A DNA stretch of 64,000 bases from Vicugna vicugna (taxonomy: Eukaryota), in the NCBI GenBank assembly GCA_013265495.1, contig MU058384.1, positions 185,622 to 249,621 of the forward strand, given 5' to 3'. The notes beneath the pieces are model-generated. The model did not search any database and was not told where the DNA came from. It saw only the letters and a list, made by a program, of their open reading frames with translations. Position numbers and translations under genes: made by a program. Below are positions 1-12,210 of the stretch, in pieces. The stretch's first letter is position 1; each line of letters begins with the position of its first letter.

Positions 1-390
1 AGCTATTTCTTTAGAAAAAACTTAGATTCTCACAGGTTCTTCAGAGAATTGCTCTTTGAGAAGTGAGAGTGGTAATCAGCGGTGAGGGTAAGCGTTGCAT
101 TACCATTTACCCATTTACCAATTGTGAAAAAACAAATTTCTAAGCTAACTTTCCACGACAGCTCTGGGTGTGATCAGAACAGTTCTGTTCCTACACCCGG
201 ATAGTCAGCAAGATAAGAAAAGCTGTGTATGCAAAACAGCATACAAATCCATATTAGCTGTAGGTAGCTGTCAGGACATGAATTAACACTAAGAGCTGTG
301 GGCCATGCTCAATATAATATAGGTTCTGATGTGTTAGATTAGATTTCTATATAGCCAGGCCATCAAAATTATGTTATTACAAGCTACCAG

Positions 391-590
391 TTATTAAGTG
401 TACCAAACACTGTGCTAATTATCTATTATCTAATTATTACTTTAATTAACTCTTTATGCAAGTGTTACATTCTGATTTTGCCAAGGAAGACATTAAGGCT
501 TAGAGAAATTATTTAATTTTAATGGTAATGCAATTGCTTAGTGGCAAATTTGGGATTCACAGCCACATCTGTCTGACATCAAAGCCATCA
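391..590 (-). mobile_element. MIR SINE, degraded
   Basis: 'attttgccaaggaagacattaaggcttagaga...tttgggattcacagccacatctgtctgacatcaaagcc' resembles the reverse-strand MIR core. Confidence 0.7.
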
Positions 591-744
591 TGATCGGGTG
601 ATCTCTATATGAAAGTAGGTAGTAGAAGACATTCTTTTTAAGTAGGACAGTTGGAGCTAAATCAGGTTTTTTCAGAGAAACATGTTATGGTTTTCAGTCT
701 CTTTGTGACATACTAAAAAAAGGCAAGTAAAATAGGAATGTGTA

Positions 745-1060
745 TTCTGGAGAAAGTCTTAGGGGAGAATAAACTGTCTTTAATCATTTAATGGTCTATA
801 ATATTGACAAGACAGTTCACTCTTCTATATGGTCTCCAGAATAGAACTAGGGAAACAAAGCCAATGGACGTAGGCTACAAGGAAGTCATTTGTTTGTTTG
901 TTTGTTTGTTTGCTGTAATTCTGAGCTGTCCACTGATAAAACTGATAACTTCATAAATTGTGAGTTTCTAATGTCAACAGAAGTTTGTAAGCAGAGTTAC
1001 TTGGTGTTTGTCTATGTCATAATAATGAATGGGTTAGTGTAGTTGCCTTTGAGTGTCCCT
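745..1060 (+). mobile_element. L3/CR1 LINE 3' fragment
   Basis: 'ctggagaaagtcttaggggagaataaactgtcttt...agaactagg...aatggacgtaggctacaagga' resembles the CR1/L3 3' end. Confidence 0.5.
889..912. repeat. (TTTG)6 microsatellite
   Basis: Read directly from sequence. Confidence 0.95.
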
Positions 1061-1062
1061 AT

Positions 1063-1345
1063 TGTTGGTTGATTTGTGTCCCCCCAAAATGTATGTTAAA
1101 GTCCTAACCCTCCCTTATCTGTGAATGTGACCTTATTTGAAAACGGTCTTTGCAGATGTAATCAACCTAAGATGAAGTCATATTTGATAACTGGGTGGGC
1201 CTTAAATCCAATGACTGGTGTTCTAATGAGGAGAGCGTGATTTGGAGACACACAGATACACAGACAACTATGGGGAAATGGAGGCAGAAATTGGAAGCTA
1301 AGGAATGCCAAAGATAGCCAGCAATTACCAGCAGGTAGGAAGTCG
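1063..1345 (+). mobile_element. MLT1 (MLT1B/C-like) MaLR LTR, 5' part
   Basis: 'tgtgtccccccaaaat...tgtgaatgtgaccttatttga...ggtctttgcagatgtaatc...ccttaaatccaatgactggtgt' is a typical MLT1 start. Confidence 0.85.
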
Positions 1346-3124
1346 AGGTACCTTGAGGTAGATAGTGTTGCTTTTTAGAAACTTTAATGTTTGTTTGCCA
1401 TGGTTGCAATTTCTTTCAAGCATTTTTTTATCCTGAAATGAAACTTAATTTCATTTCACTGTGTTTTTATATTCTTTAGGCAAGTAATAAATAATATTTT
1501 GAGGAATACCCAGGTATTAATATAGTTAGCGGGAGAGTGCTTCCTTCTGAGTGTTTCTTCAAACGGAAATCTAGTAGTTTCCATGATAGACAGTATAAAA
1601 CTGTACAAGTTAGAGAGATACATCTATTCTTTCCTTTCAATAATAGGTTTACATTTTTAGCATGCCTTTCATGAACCAATGTCGTCTCACTGCAGGTGAT
1701 TGCAAGTACTTCTGATTTTATCTAGATAATTTCTGATGTAGGGCATTAGGAAGGCCTCAATTAGGGAAGGAAATGTGCTGTTCTGTTTTCACATTTCCTA
1801 CAAAAATTTAAACCTAAATTCATAACTGCCTGCCAGGTTCTTTAATGTTAGAGCATCTTTATTCATTTAATGTATTTGCCAAGAATCATATATCATACCT
1901 ATCATGGCATGCAATTGCTGTGATATATGTATAGTATTCGGTTCCTGATACTCCTTTTATTTACGTAGGACTATTAGAAAATTACTTCATCCAGTCTAAT
2001 AAACACTGTCCACTCCTGAATATGATTTAAACAAATAAACGCTTCACTAACCTTTTGTGTTTCTTTTTTGAAGCTACAAAAAGGGTCATCTTGCTTGGAA
2101 TTGAAAAGCAGGTGAATATTAACAATCTGGTAGTCAGAAAGTAATTTTATAAAACACAGGCTACAAGTTATTCACCAGCTGAAGTGTTGTATTTATATTT
2201 AATTTTGTAAAACCTTCTTCCAGGCTAGTGACAATGCACTCAGTGGTGTTGTGAGAAAGAGATGTAGCTAGATCTCTTACATCACTTGATATATATTTGA
2301 AAAACATTTGGAAACTTCCTTAATTTGTGTCAAATTTGTAGAGAGACTTTAACTGGATTAGTGTACACTTTAACTTGAAGTTGAATTCAAGTGCATCAGG
2401 TTGATTCTTTCTCTTGGCAAGAAATTACAATGCTAATGAAGCTGGGAGGGGAAGATCCCACTTCATTCTCTGCTCTCCGATGTGAGGATTAAAAATGTGA
2501 AACAGAGTTTTGTGAATTGAATGATGAATATTAATTATTTGGGATACTGTGGCATTAAGAGATAATTAGATAAAATAATCATTACAGGTTTAGAGGTTAT
2601 CTATTTTCCTCAAGTTGAAAAATGGTGTATTTCAAATATTATACATGTTTAACTGAGAATAGTAGAATTTTGACTTAGTGTCTTTCCCTGAGGATCTCAC
2701 AGTTCTTTATAACTACTGTCATTTACATACTCATTCTACTTCTAGGAAGAGGAAGATTCTGGACCTTCAATAGTAAGACAAAATTAAACAATAGATCATT
2801 TTATAAAATATGATAAAGTGATTGGCATACAAGTGCATTATTTCTCTGACTCATGTGATTTCTTTGTAAATTCTATGTGTGCACATGTGCAGTTGAAGAT
2901 ATGGTCCATTCTACTGAAAGGAAAAGAGAACCTGGATTTTCCAGATATTTTTCTGTGGTCAGTCTGAACTACAAACCTTTAATTTCTAAAACCAGTAACT
3001 ATTCCAGAAGGCATGATTAATTATAAAGAGTAATGAAATCAAAATGATGTTTTAACTTACACGCTCCAATGAGAAATATAGGCAAGCGATTCAGGGCCTT
3101 TCTGTTTCTTTACTTGAACTTTGC

Positions 3125-3330
3125 ATTAATCAAATATGTATGGAATGTTTATGATGTGCTGTAAATTGTCCTGGAGATTAAAAAATGTATAAAAAATACC
3201 CATGATTCCAAGGAGTATGTGTTCTAGTTGGGAAACATATGCAGAGTTGGGTCAATACCAAACCACGTAGAACGTGCAGTAACAGAAAGGTGCAGGGGAC
3301 ACTGACCCTTGGAAAAATGGTTCAGAAGAC
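3125..3330 (-). mobile_element. L2 LINE 3' end fragment
   Basis: 'caaatatgtatggaatgtttatgatgtgc...cccatgattccaaggagtatgtgttctagttgggaa' resembles the reverse complement of the L2 3' end. Confidence 0.5.
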
Positions 3331-3544
3331 GGAGCTTGTCCTAGGACTATTTCCATGTCACCATTTTATTCATTACTTTTTTCATGAGACAAACAGGCTA
3401 CCCTGTTTCTCATAATGCAACACTCCAACTGCCATATTTCTCATCACTGATTCTGAGTTTTGCTCTCAGCCCCATGGCCCTGGTCATCTGACTTCTACTA
3501 TTAGAGGTAGAGAAGCTTACAGGAGATTTTATTTGCAGGGCCCC

Positions 3545-3740
3545 TGTGTTAGCTTGGGCTGCTGTAACAAAATGTGACCTGGCGTCTTAAAAGGAGTCTC
3601 TTATTTCTCACAGTTACGGAGATGAGGAAGTCCAAGATCAATGTGATGGCAGGTTCAGTGTCTGGTGAGAGCCCTCTTCCTGTCTTCTCATTAAGTCCTC
3701 ACATGCCCTTTCTTTAGTGCCTGCATACACACACACACAG
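3545..3740 (-). mobile_element. MLT1A-like MaLR LTR fragment
   Basis: 'gggctgctgtaacaaaat...ttatttctcacagtt...aagtccaagatcaa...gtgtctggtgagagccctcttcctg'. Confidence 0.85.
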
Positions 3741-4339
3741 CTCATAAATTTAAAATCCATTTTGTCTGTATCTTTCCTCACATGCACTCCCATGATTCCT
3801 CTCCAATAAGTTCATCATAAAAACACAAGTAATTAGGAAAATAAGTGATAGGCAATAAAAACACATTCATATTTTTAGTCATATTGGAAAGCCACCCATA
3901 AGCAATTATATTTTAGTAGAACAGGAATGAGCAGTCATTTCTAAATAATGTTGTATTTAATTTATCTAATAGTAAGCAGCACTCTACCTTAATCAATCTT
4001 AAACTGGATCATTAGTTAATGAAAATAGGAACTAATTAAATACTCCTGATTTTCACTTGTATCATGAGATCAAATTTTCTCATGAAATTCAGTAAGAGAA
4101 TTGGATACAGTTAGATTTCTATTTTCAAATTTCACTGCAATGGAGAGAGCTCATTATAAAAAGAAAGGTTTTATAAGCTGTTGCCAGTATGATTCAGTAG
4201 CTGCATTACTGTTTTATGATTACAGATCAGACAACCCAGGAAAATCGAAATAACACTCTAAATGATACCACTTCATTTTATGATCTGTGATGGATGTAAA
4301 TTGAGCCTTGAATTCCTTATTCAGGAAACACACAATTCT

Positions 4340-4510
4340 AGAACATTAGATTTGCAAATATCCTTAGAATCTCTAAATGGAATGTCCGCATTTTGCAAGT
4401 GAGTAATAGGCCCCTGAATACTGTAGTTTGCCTACAATTAAAAACTTAGCATTTGAACTGAGGCAAAAATCCTATTTCCTGACTCCCAACTTGTGCTTTT
4501 ATTAGTGCAT
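4340..4510 (-). mobile_element. MIR-family SINE fragment
   Basis: 'cattttgcaagtgagtaataggccc...tttcctgactccc...gtgctttt'. Confidence 0.5.
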
Positions 4511-7179
4511 CATTCAGCCGTTTTTCACATTAATACTTCAACTGGTTTAGAAATTACTCTTTCTGTTTTCAACACAGCCAAGCAAGCCCCTCCTTTGATG
4601 TTGAGTTTTAACAATGACTGATGTAGAGGCATAATTGCTTTACTTTCTACAGAATACTGTGAAAGATGGTAATGTCTACAAAACCTAGATATGGTCCTCA
4701 TTCTGTCTTGGGCCACTAATCTTTTCTCCTGTTAACAATGGTAAAAGCTCTCCCTGAAACAGCATACGTTCCACAGATGTCTTGATAAATCATCAGGAGA
4801 TGGACATCTCAGTTTTCAGACTCCGGAATTTGAGGGAGAGATCGTTTATTGTGGAGAAAAAATAAATACCAAAGAAGAGAAAGCAGAGGTTGCAGTTGGG
4901 AGAAAAACAGAAATTGACAACTGATTAAAAATGCCCTGGGTAGTAATAGGTTCCATAACATATTTAAAAAATCATTACGATTGCGTGTTAAATATCACCT
5001 AGTCTTGTATGTGCTCCATTATGTTGTTTTTACAGTTTCTTTACAGTTTTCCTTTACATGAGATGTGGGAATCTTTGAATATGACAGGAAATATACTCAA
5101 TTAATGTTCTTAGCCTTGTAAAATATACTCGTTTTAGACAGATGTGATTAATTTCAATGGAATTATAAAGAAAACATCTGTGAAGGACAATCATTCTGAC
5201 AAAGAGTGAAAGGGTTAAACAACCCCTTCATTTCTCCATTTTGGCAAGCCTCCCAAGGCTTTCACTAAGAGACTGTCTATGTTTTCTGCCAGGTGGATGC
5301 AAATTCACTCTACAAAAAGGAATTAATTTACTAAGGTATGATCATCTTTTCTCTTTTCTGTTCTGGTAATTGAATATTCATCACATAACAAGTGCCGCTA
5401 ATTAGCAGATTATTCCATTTACTGGCAAATAATGAACTTGTTATTCCTATCAAAAAAAAAAAACAAGAGTTGGAAAAATTCAAATTTTTATTTAGTTACT
5501 GCTGTTTCAATAACTTTAAAAATTTTCAGAAAATAAATGCATTTCACTGTAATGAATTATTCGGTAACTACATACAGGATTTAAGCTTTAATGTCTTCAG
5601 GAAATAAAGGCTTTAAGTTAACACTTAGTGTAACTAAATCGCTAATCTTAGCAAGGCTGTGTGTTTTGCCTGATTTTAGTGGTTTGCAGAAATTAACGGT
5701 GACTGTGGGTATTTCCTCAATTTTCAAACTGATTTAAGGTGGATGACTCATTTTGGGAGCTGTCTTAACAGAAGGTTGTTCTAGGAATTTTAATTATGTA
5801 CTTTGGTATTTAACAAGGAGGCTACTTACCTATTCTTCCTAAGGAGTAATTGATAAAGTGACTTAAACATTAGAAAATATTTCTCATTTGTTGTAATTAT
5901 TTTATCATTACAATAAGTCATTTCATCACTCCTGTATCCTATGTTAAGGATTATTTATGTTAAAAATAGTGAAATGATTGACAATGGAGAGACTGTCTCT
6001 GATCATCCTTTACGTAAAGGCAAACTTGCACCACACATACCGCCACCTTCACCTCCATCATGCTGTAGGACTCCTTACTGAAAATAAGGGGGTTTAAGTG
6101 GAATTCTGGAGGCTGAATGTTGAGAGCATCAGCTTCATTGCTCTGCTGGGTCCAGGCTTTGCCCTGTAGGCAAGACATTGGAGAATATGAAGAATTTTGT
6201 GGAGAAACTGGCTCAAGAGATAAGTTTTACAAATTCTCCCATTTGGAAGTCTGTGAATGAAGTGACCAGCTCCCCATGGAAGCATTCCTTATGGAAGTCC
6301 ATCAACAAACAAGGCTCCCACAGGTTCCAGTCAGCAATTTAATTTCTGTGAACAGAGAGGGAAGAATCATCGAAATTGAAGAAATAATCTAAAATGAAAT
6401 ATGCAGACTAAACCAACAGAGGAGAATGAGAAGGACACAGACTAAAACAGAGATAAAGTGCATCCTAGTGAGAGAAGTGGACATGTGTGTATGTTCTGGG
6501 TTGGAGGTGGGGGACTTTCAGGAGAGGATCCAGTTCTGAGAATGTTAAACCAACTTTGCACTGTAGGATATACATAGTAAATATTTAAACTTTTCAAGTC
6601 AAGAAGAAATTTTATAAGTATAGTCTTCAGAAATATGGGTGCAAATACAAGATTTCCCTCCCCCACAAAAAGCAAATCGAAGAGCTGACTGTAGTTGCCT
6701 TGGGGGATGGGCCAAGAACTATAGTTTTTCTGCATTATCTGTTTTATTTAAGTAATAGTTATATAGGAAGAAGTACTTATAATGTAATTGAATAGTTCAT
6801 GAATTATGTAATGGAGAAGGCTAAGAAAGATTTAGCCAATCAGAATTTTAGAAATGAGCGTTAATTAAAGTAGATATTTTCTGATGGTTTTAAGGTTGTG
6901 CATGGGGGAAATAAGGAGTGTGTGGGAAATTACATCACAGTTCCTTTCCCCTCTAAGAAGGCAGGAAAGGAGCAAGAAAGACATTACAACCAACTTTATG
7001 CGTATCTCAGGATTGCTGGATGGCACTGAAAACAGAAACTCTTTGGATAGGAAAGAGTAATAAAATAGAGAGAGAATTGGCTCTAAAGAAGGATAACCTC
7101 TTTATATGCAGGAAGGCATGTATCCTTCAAGATTTGCTTTTTGAGATATTTATAGAGGTGATTCTGTGAAATTCCTATG

Positions 7180-7525
7180 ACTGGTGATGTTCAGTTCACA
7201 ACATGTCGAAGATTTTGGTTCTGTGAATCTACCGAAGAAAGGTGAAGCCTTCTGCATCTAAGCTAGAAGGAACTGCTCGTCTGTGAACTCCAGGGACTAG
7301 CAGCACTCTGAGAACACACATGAGGCACTCTGAATACTGCCCTGCCGTATTACCTGCCCAAGTCTGCATCTGTCACTAGAAAGGGGAATGGCATCACTGG
7401 GACAAACTTAGGTGAATCAAAATCCATTCCTTATGTCTGGGAGGAAAACTGGCTCTTCAAAGGACGTTGGTATTTTGTGCAAGGACGATGGGATGGGTGA
7501 CCCTTTTATAGAGGCCACTGTCATA
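7180..7525 (-). mobile_element. Old MaLR LTR (MLT1K/L-like) fragment
   Basis: 'ctagaaaggggaatggcatcactggg...ttaggtgaatcaaaatccattcc' resembles old MLT1 subfamilies. Confidence 0.4.
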
Positions 7526-7859
7526 CCTGTAAGTAGTTGTAAGTTTGCTTTCTACTTACAGATACCTATAGTTCTTACTTAGTTTCTCACTTCACAGGAT
7601 TCTAGGCTAAAAAGTTTAGGACAGTGATAAAAAAAATAGTAGAGATATCATGGCATTTCTGCTTTCTACTTCAGAACATATGATGTTTGTCTGAAGTTGA
7701 TATATTTTTCCATTTAAAACAATTTTTCTGTGTTTTTCTTAATAAGAGGGTTTATTTTTAAAAATCAGATTTGAATTTTGAATTTGATTACTTTTTATAC
7801 ATACATATAATTTTGTAAGTTTTCCACTCTACATATTTGTTAGTATGAAGACTATTAAT

Positions 7860-9150
7860 AGATTCATATTATTGAGATGGTCTAATATTTGTGAGATAAT
7901 TATGTACTAATCATGGCGTATTATTCTATAAATGCATCTCAATATTAATTTTACTGTATTTTATATTCAGGATTTATGGTTTATATTAAGAAAGATTTAT
8001 CTGCAGTTATTTTCTCTTAGTAAACACTAGTTTGAGGTTTTCATATCAAGGTTATCTCATTATCCTAGTTTTACAGAAGGAAAATTGTTCTTTCTTTATG
8101 CTCCATAAAAGTTTAATTCACTATAGAATTATGAATACCGGCAAAGTTGAAACAGCCTGAGACTTGGTGTGAGCCTGAGACCTTTTGGGAATATTTTGTT
8201 TTTAAATTTCAACAGTTTCTTCCACAATTATTGTTCAGTTTGTATTAGCTAAATTTTGTGTCTTTATGCTGTTATGTACTCTATTAAAAATCAGCTATTT
8301 TATCTACATTTTGATGTTTTGTTATTGTTATCCCAAAAGAGGAAGGCCTAGGTTCTTGTCTTGTCTGAAAGAGAAGAATTCAAATGGGAGACAAAAGCAT
8401 TGTGTAGTGAAAGATTTCATTAACAAAGAGAAAGTACACCTCCAAGTGCAGAAGGCAGGCTGATCCAAGGGAGGACAGCAGACTGGTCTTTCTTTGTTGC
8501 TTCTGTCTTGTACCCTTGCTTAGGAGTGGTCACTTGATTGATGGCTCTTGTTCCTGGAGTGCTTAGTCATGCCTTTCCCCCTCTGCGCATGTCCTTACTC
8601 ATGATGCACACAGGAAAACACCTGGGGCAGGGTAGGGGGGAGGGGAGCGCCTAAAACGCAATGCTCATTATGTTACAGTGAGCATTGGGTCACGTCCAGT
8701 TAGGTCCTTGTCACTACTGCATAGTCTTGGCCATCCTGTCCCAGCTGTTTTCTTGCTGGCACTCATTTAGAGGAAGTAAAGCCCCTTATGCTGAAGGCTG
8801 CATATCACCATCTTCCAGACCATCCTGCCTCTCCTCCACATTACCTACCTGGTGCTCCTGCTTATCTAACTGCCTAACAATGAGATTATATAACATATGC
8901 AATACTTTTTTTCTGTACTTGGATTACATGCTTGTTCTCATTCCTAAATGTATTTATTTGTACTCTGATTTTAGCTGGTTAGAAGAGCTAGAAAATGCAA
9001 TTTTGTTGATGGTATACTTCAGCTAGTATATTCCATTGTTTAGGGTTCTTATTTCTTCTGGAAAGGAGAGAAGTTTATAACAATGTCATGTAAATGTAAC
9101 ATTTCTCTCAAATTATCTATGTAGTTTTTATGTTTTTTCTTCATACATTT
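7860..9150 (-). mobile_element. Very old L1 ORF2 remnant, interrupted by the LTR at 8326-8879
   Basis: T-rich antisense L1 pattern, e.g. 'tagtttgaggttttcatatcaaggttat' and 'ttgttcagtttgtatt'. Confidence 0.45.
8326..8879 (-). mobile_element. ERV1-class solo LTR
   Basis: TG...CA termini with inverted ends (tgtta...taaca), ~550 bp, GC-richer than its flanks, 'ggttcttgtcttg...agaagaattcaa' U5-like start; no clear TSD. Confidence 0.75.
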
Positions 9151-9199
9151 GAAGGTAGATAAAGGAACAGTGAAGAAGCCGAACTACATCATATTTTAA

Positions 9200-9400
9200 A
9201 ATATGGCTTCTGGACATAGACTGGTAGAAACCCAGCCCTTGTACTTACCATCTCTGGAACTTTGAAAAAATGACTTAATCTCTTTCTGCCTTCCTTTTGT
9301 CAATCTGAAAATTGTCTTTATAATAGCATCTAACTTTTAGAGTTAACTGGAAAGTAAATTAATATACCTGAAGAGCTTAAAATGCCATTGCCACCATGTG
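9200..9400 (+). mobile_element. MIR SINE
   Basis: 'ggcttctgga...cacttacc-like...tgacttaatctctttctgcct...tctgaaaatt...ataatagcatctaact'. Confidence 0.7.
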
Positions 9401-9910
9401 CAAGTTCAAAGACTATTAAGAGAAAAAACAATAGTTTTAGCTTTTATGCACATTGTAGGCTTTATCAATCACAGTGATTATCTTTGCCCTATTTCCTGTT
9501 TTTTTAACCTTAGATTGAATTTATATTTATTTTTCTCTTTCTGTTAGTTTTTTGTTGTTGTTGTTGACAGTATGCAATTCCTTATTCCTTCTTCAGGGTT
9601 GGCCCAAGGCAACAGGAAGCTGGACACAGGCTAGGTCCAGGTCTGCTGTTGCTAGAATTCCAGCAGGATTTCAGGACGAGTAGAACTAAAGAAATAAGGA
9701 TATGTGATTATATAAGTTACTGTTTACACATAACTTGAGTGGAATAAGTGAGAGGAGCCACAGGGCAGCAGAAGCGAGACAGTCCCTGGAGAGCACAGGC
9801 TCACACTTTTGTACGTAAGTGATCTGTTCCCTCATTTCTTCTCCGTCCTGGCACAACTCCTCCCCATTCCCCGTTCCATTTGTAGCCCCACCACTAATCT
9901 CATTAGATAG

Positions 9911-10572
9911 TGCTTGAGTCAGGGATCTTCAGAGAACAAAAACAATAGGAGGCTTTTTAGATACAGTTGACCCTTGAATAATGTCGAGATTGGGGCGCTG
10001 ACACCCATGTACTCAAAAATTTGCATATAATTTGTGGTTGGCCCTCCATATCTCTGTTTTTTCCATATCTGTGGATTTGACTAACTAGGAATTGTGTACT
10101 ACTGTAGTATTTACTACTGAAAAAAGTCTATGTGTAACAGGACCCTGCAGTTCAAATCACTGTTGTTCAAGGGTCATATATATAAAAGATTATATATATA
10201 TATGTATATAAATACACACACACATAAAATATATAAAAAAAGAGAGAGATTTATTTTAAAGAATTGGTCCACGTAATTGTGGGGCCTTGCAAATCCAAAA
10301 TCTTCAGGGAAGGCAAGCTGCTGGTTGAGAATTCCAGCAAGAGCTGATGCTGCAGTTTTGAGTCTGGAGGGAGTCTGGAAACAGAATTTCTTCCTCCGGG
10401 GACATCACTCTTTTCTCTTAGGGCCTTCAACTGATTGGGTGAGTCTCACCCACCAATCTAAATGTTAATCACATTTTAAAAAATATCTTCACGACACCTT
10501 CTATATTAGTATTTGACTAAACAACTGGGCATCATAGCCTAGCCAAGTAGGCACACAAAATTAACCATCACA
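9911..10572 (-). mobile_element. MLT2 (ERVL) LTR, with a nested Tigger
   Basis: 'gagtcagggatcttcagagaac...gatttattttaaagaattgg...ggccttcaactgattgg...gcctagccaagt...aaaattaaccatcaca'. Confidence 0.88.
9964..10176. mobile_element. Tigger2-family (Tigger2a/MER28-like) non-autonomous DNA transposon
   Basis: TIRs cagttgacccttgaataa / ttgttcaagggtca (last bases lost), flanked by TA. Confidence 0.85.
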
Positions 10573-11084
10573 GAAGACATTTTTGTTATTAAAGTGCCAT
10601 TGGTCTCACGCATGGCATTTACTGCTTGGCTGTTTGACTTGACCTTGTGCAGTGGGGCAGCAGTAGAACCTTTTACTGGACCTGACCAGATTTTTTGAAG
10701 CTTATCGTCACTCTTGTGATTGAATGAGCACAACACATTCCACAGCTTTCCCTGTTTTTTCCATCCACGATGACTGCCACCTCTTTTTGATATCTGAGTA
10801 GCAAGCTTTATTTTTTCTCCAGAAAATACTTATGAAGTAAGATGTAAAAATGAAAATAATGCAATAAAGAAATTCAAGTATGTTTGGAGCATATAAAGTA
10901 TAGATATAAGCTACTCTAAAGAGGAAAGCTATCCATAGGTAGCAGTATATGGGCATTATCGAAATTACATTTTATAATTTTCAACTGCTTCATTAATTTG
11001 GTAGGTAAAATGGCATATTACACTCTTTTTCGATAAATATACAGAAGTTTTTAACAGAGTTCAAGGAAAGCAGGAAACAAAAGC

Positions 11085-11395
11085 AAATTGTCGAGGTCAT
11101 CAAAAATAGGGAAAGGCTGAGAAACTATTACAATCTAGGAACAAATATAATGTGGCATCATAGATGGGATCCTGGGGAAGGAAAAGGACATTAGGAAAAA
11201 CTAATGACACCTGAATAGAGTATGGACTTTAATTAATAAGAATGTAGCAAGATCTGTTCACTGATGTGACAAAGGTACCATAATAGTGGTAACAGTAGGG
11301 GAAAGTAAGTGTGGGGTATGTGCAAATTCTCTGTAATATTCTTGCAACACTTCTACAAATCTGAAATTATTCTATAATAGATTTTTAAACAGTTT
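11085..11395 (+). mobile_element. L1MC/MD-type 3' UTR fragment
   Basis: 'gatgggatcctgg...gaaaaggacattagg...tctctgtaatattcttgcaac...aaatctgaaattattc'. Confidence 0.75.
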
Positions 11396-11419
11396 ATTGA
11401 CAAAGGCAAATTGTTGAAT

Positions 11420-11715
11420 TTTGCTTCCAGCTATGATAGGATAACAAAGACTAGACATAACTTCAACCATAACAGTGAAAAACTTGATGAAAAAATATAT
11501 GGAAAACCATTTTTAGACATTCAAAAATAGGCAGCAGAGGACTGTGATCCCTGAGAGAAGGAAACTAGGTGAGGTAAGCCTGTGAGTCCTCCACTGTTCT
11601 ACTGGAGGAAATTTCTGACCTTAGGTACGTGAAGAAGGAACCCAAACAGAATCCTACGGCCTCACTGAAACGAGGAGGTGACAACTGAAGTTTGGCGGGA
11701 GTGAGGCGGTAGCCT
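11420..11715 (+). mobile_element. Old L1 5' end fragment
   Basis: 'gcttccagctatgataggataaca...ggcagcagaggactgtgatccctgagagaagg' resembles old L1M 5' UTRs. Confidence 0.55.
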
Positions 11716-11719
11716 TTTT

Positions 11720-12210
11720 GTTTTTCTTCCCATGCAAATGAATGTATGTGGTCCACAGGCAAAACAGGGGAGACAGGTCTGTTTGGGGTTATTGTTACTG
11801 ATTGCTCTTCTGCTCTCTCAACTAGTACCACAAGAAAAACTCTCTAAAGATGCTCCCTCGAGTCCCTGTGAGTACCAGGTGGGGTTCATGGGGAAAAGGC
11901 CTGCACGAGTGCGGACTCTCTTCTGTCTGGCCTCCAAGGTCTTTACATTCAGTGCTTAATTCCCAAGGTTCAGCTGTATCTTCCTACTGGCCTATTTGAA
12001 GTCCAGTGATGGCTGCCCCATTTAAGCAAATGTTCAGGACCTGTTCTTCCCTCAGGCAGCTTTCTTTATATTTATCATTATCTGGTTGTCCTGAGACCTC
12101 GGGTCTCTAGTGAGTTTGAAGATATCTTTAACTTGCAGTTTCTCTAGATTTTTCTTGTTATAAGGATGGAGGCCACTCCCTTTACAGCCCTCTGCATCTC
12201 TGAGCTTCAT
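11720..12210 (-). mobile_element. Old L1 5' UTR fragment
   Basis: 'ccctgtgagtaccaggtggggttcatggggaaaaggcctgcac...ttttcttgttataaggatggag...ctctgcatctctgagc'. Confidence 0.55.

Noticed and set aside
5207..5230. Small hairpin tgaaagggtt-aaac-aaccccttca
   Set aside because: A 10 bp stem with a mismatch is too short for a pre-miRNA or MITE and is compatible with chance.
9590..9900. Possible old LTR fragment
   Set aside because: Composition suggests an LTR, but I could not recognise a family or termini, so it is not listed as a feature.
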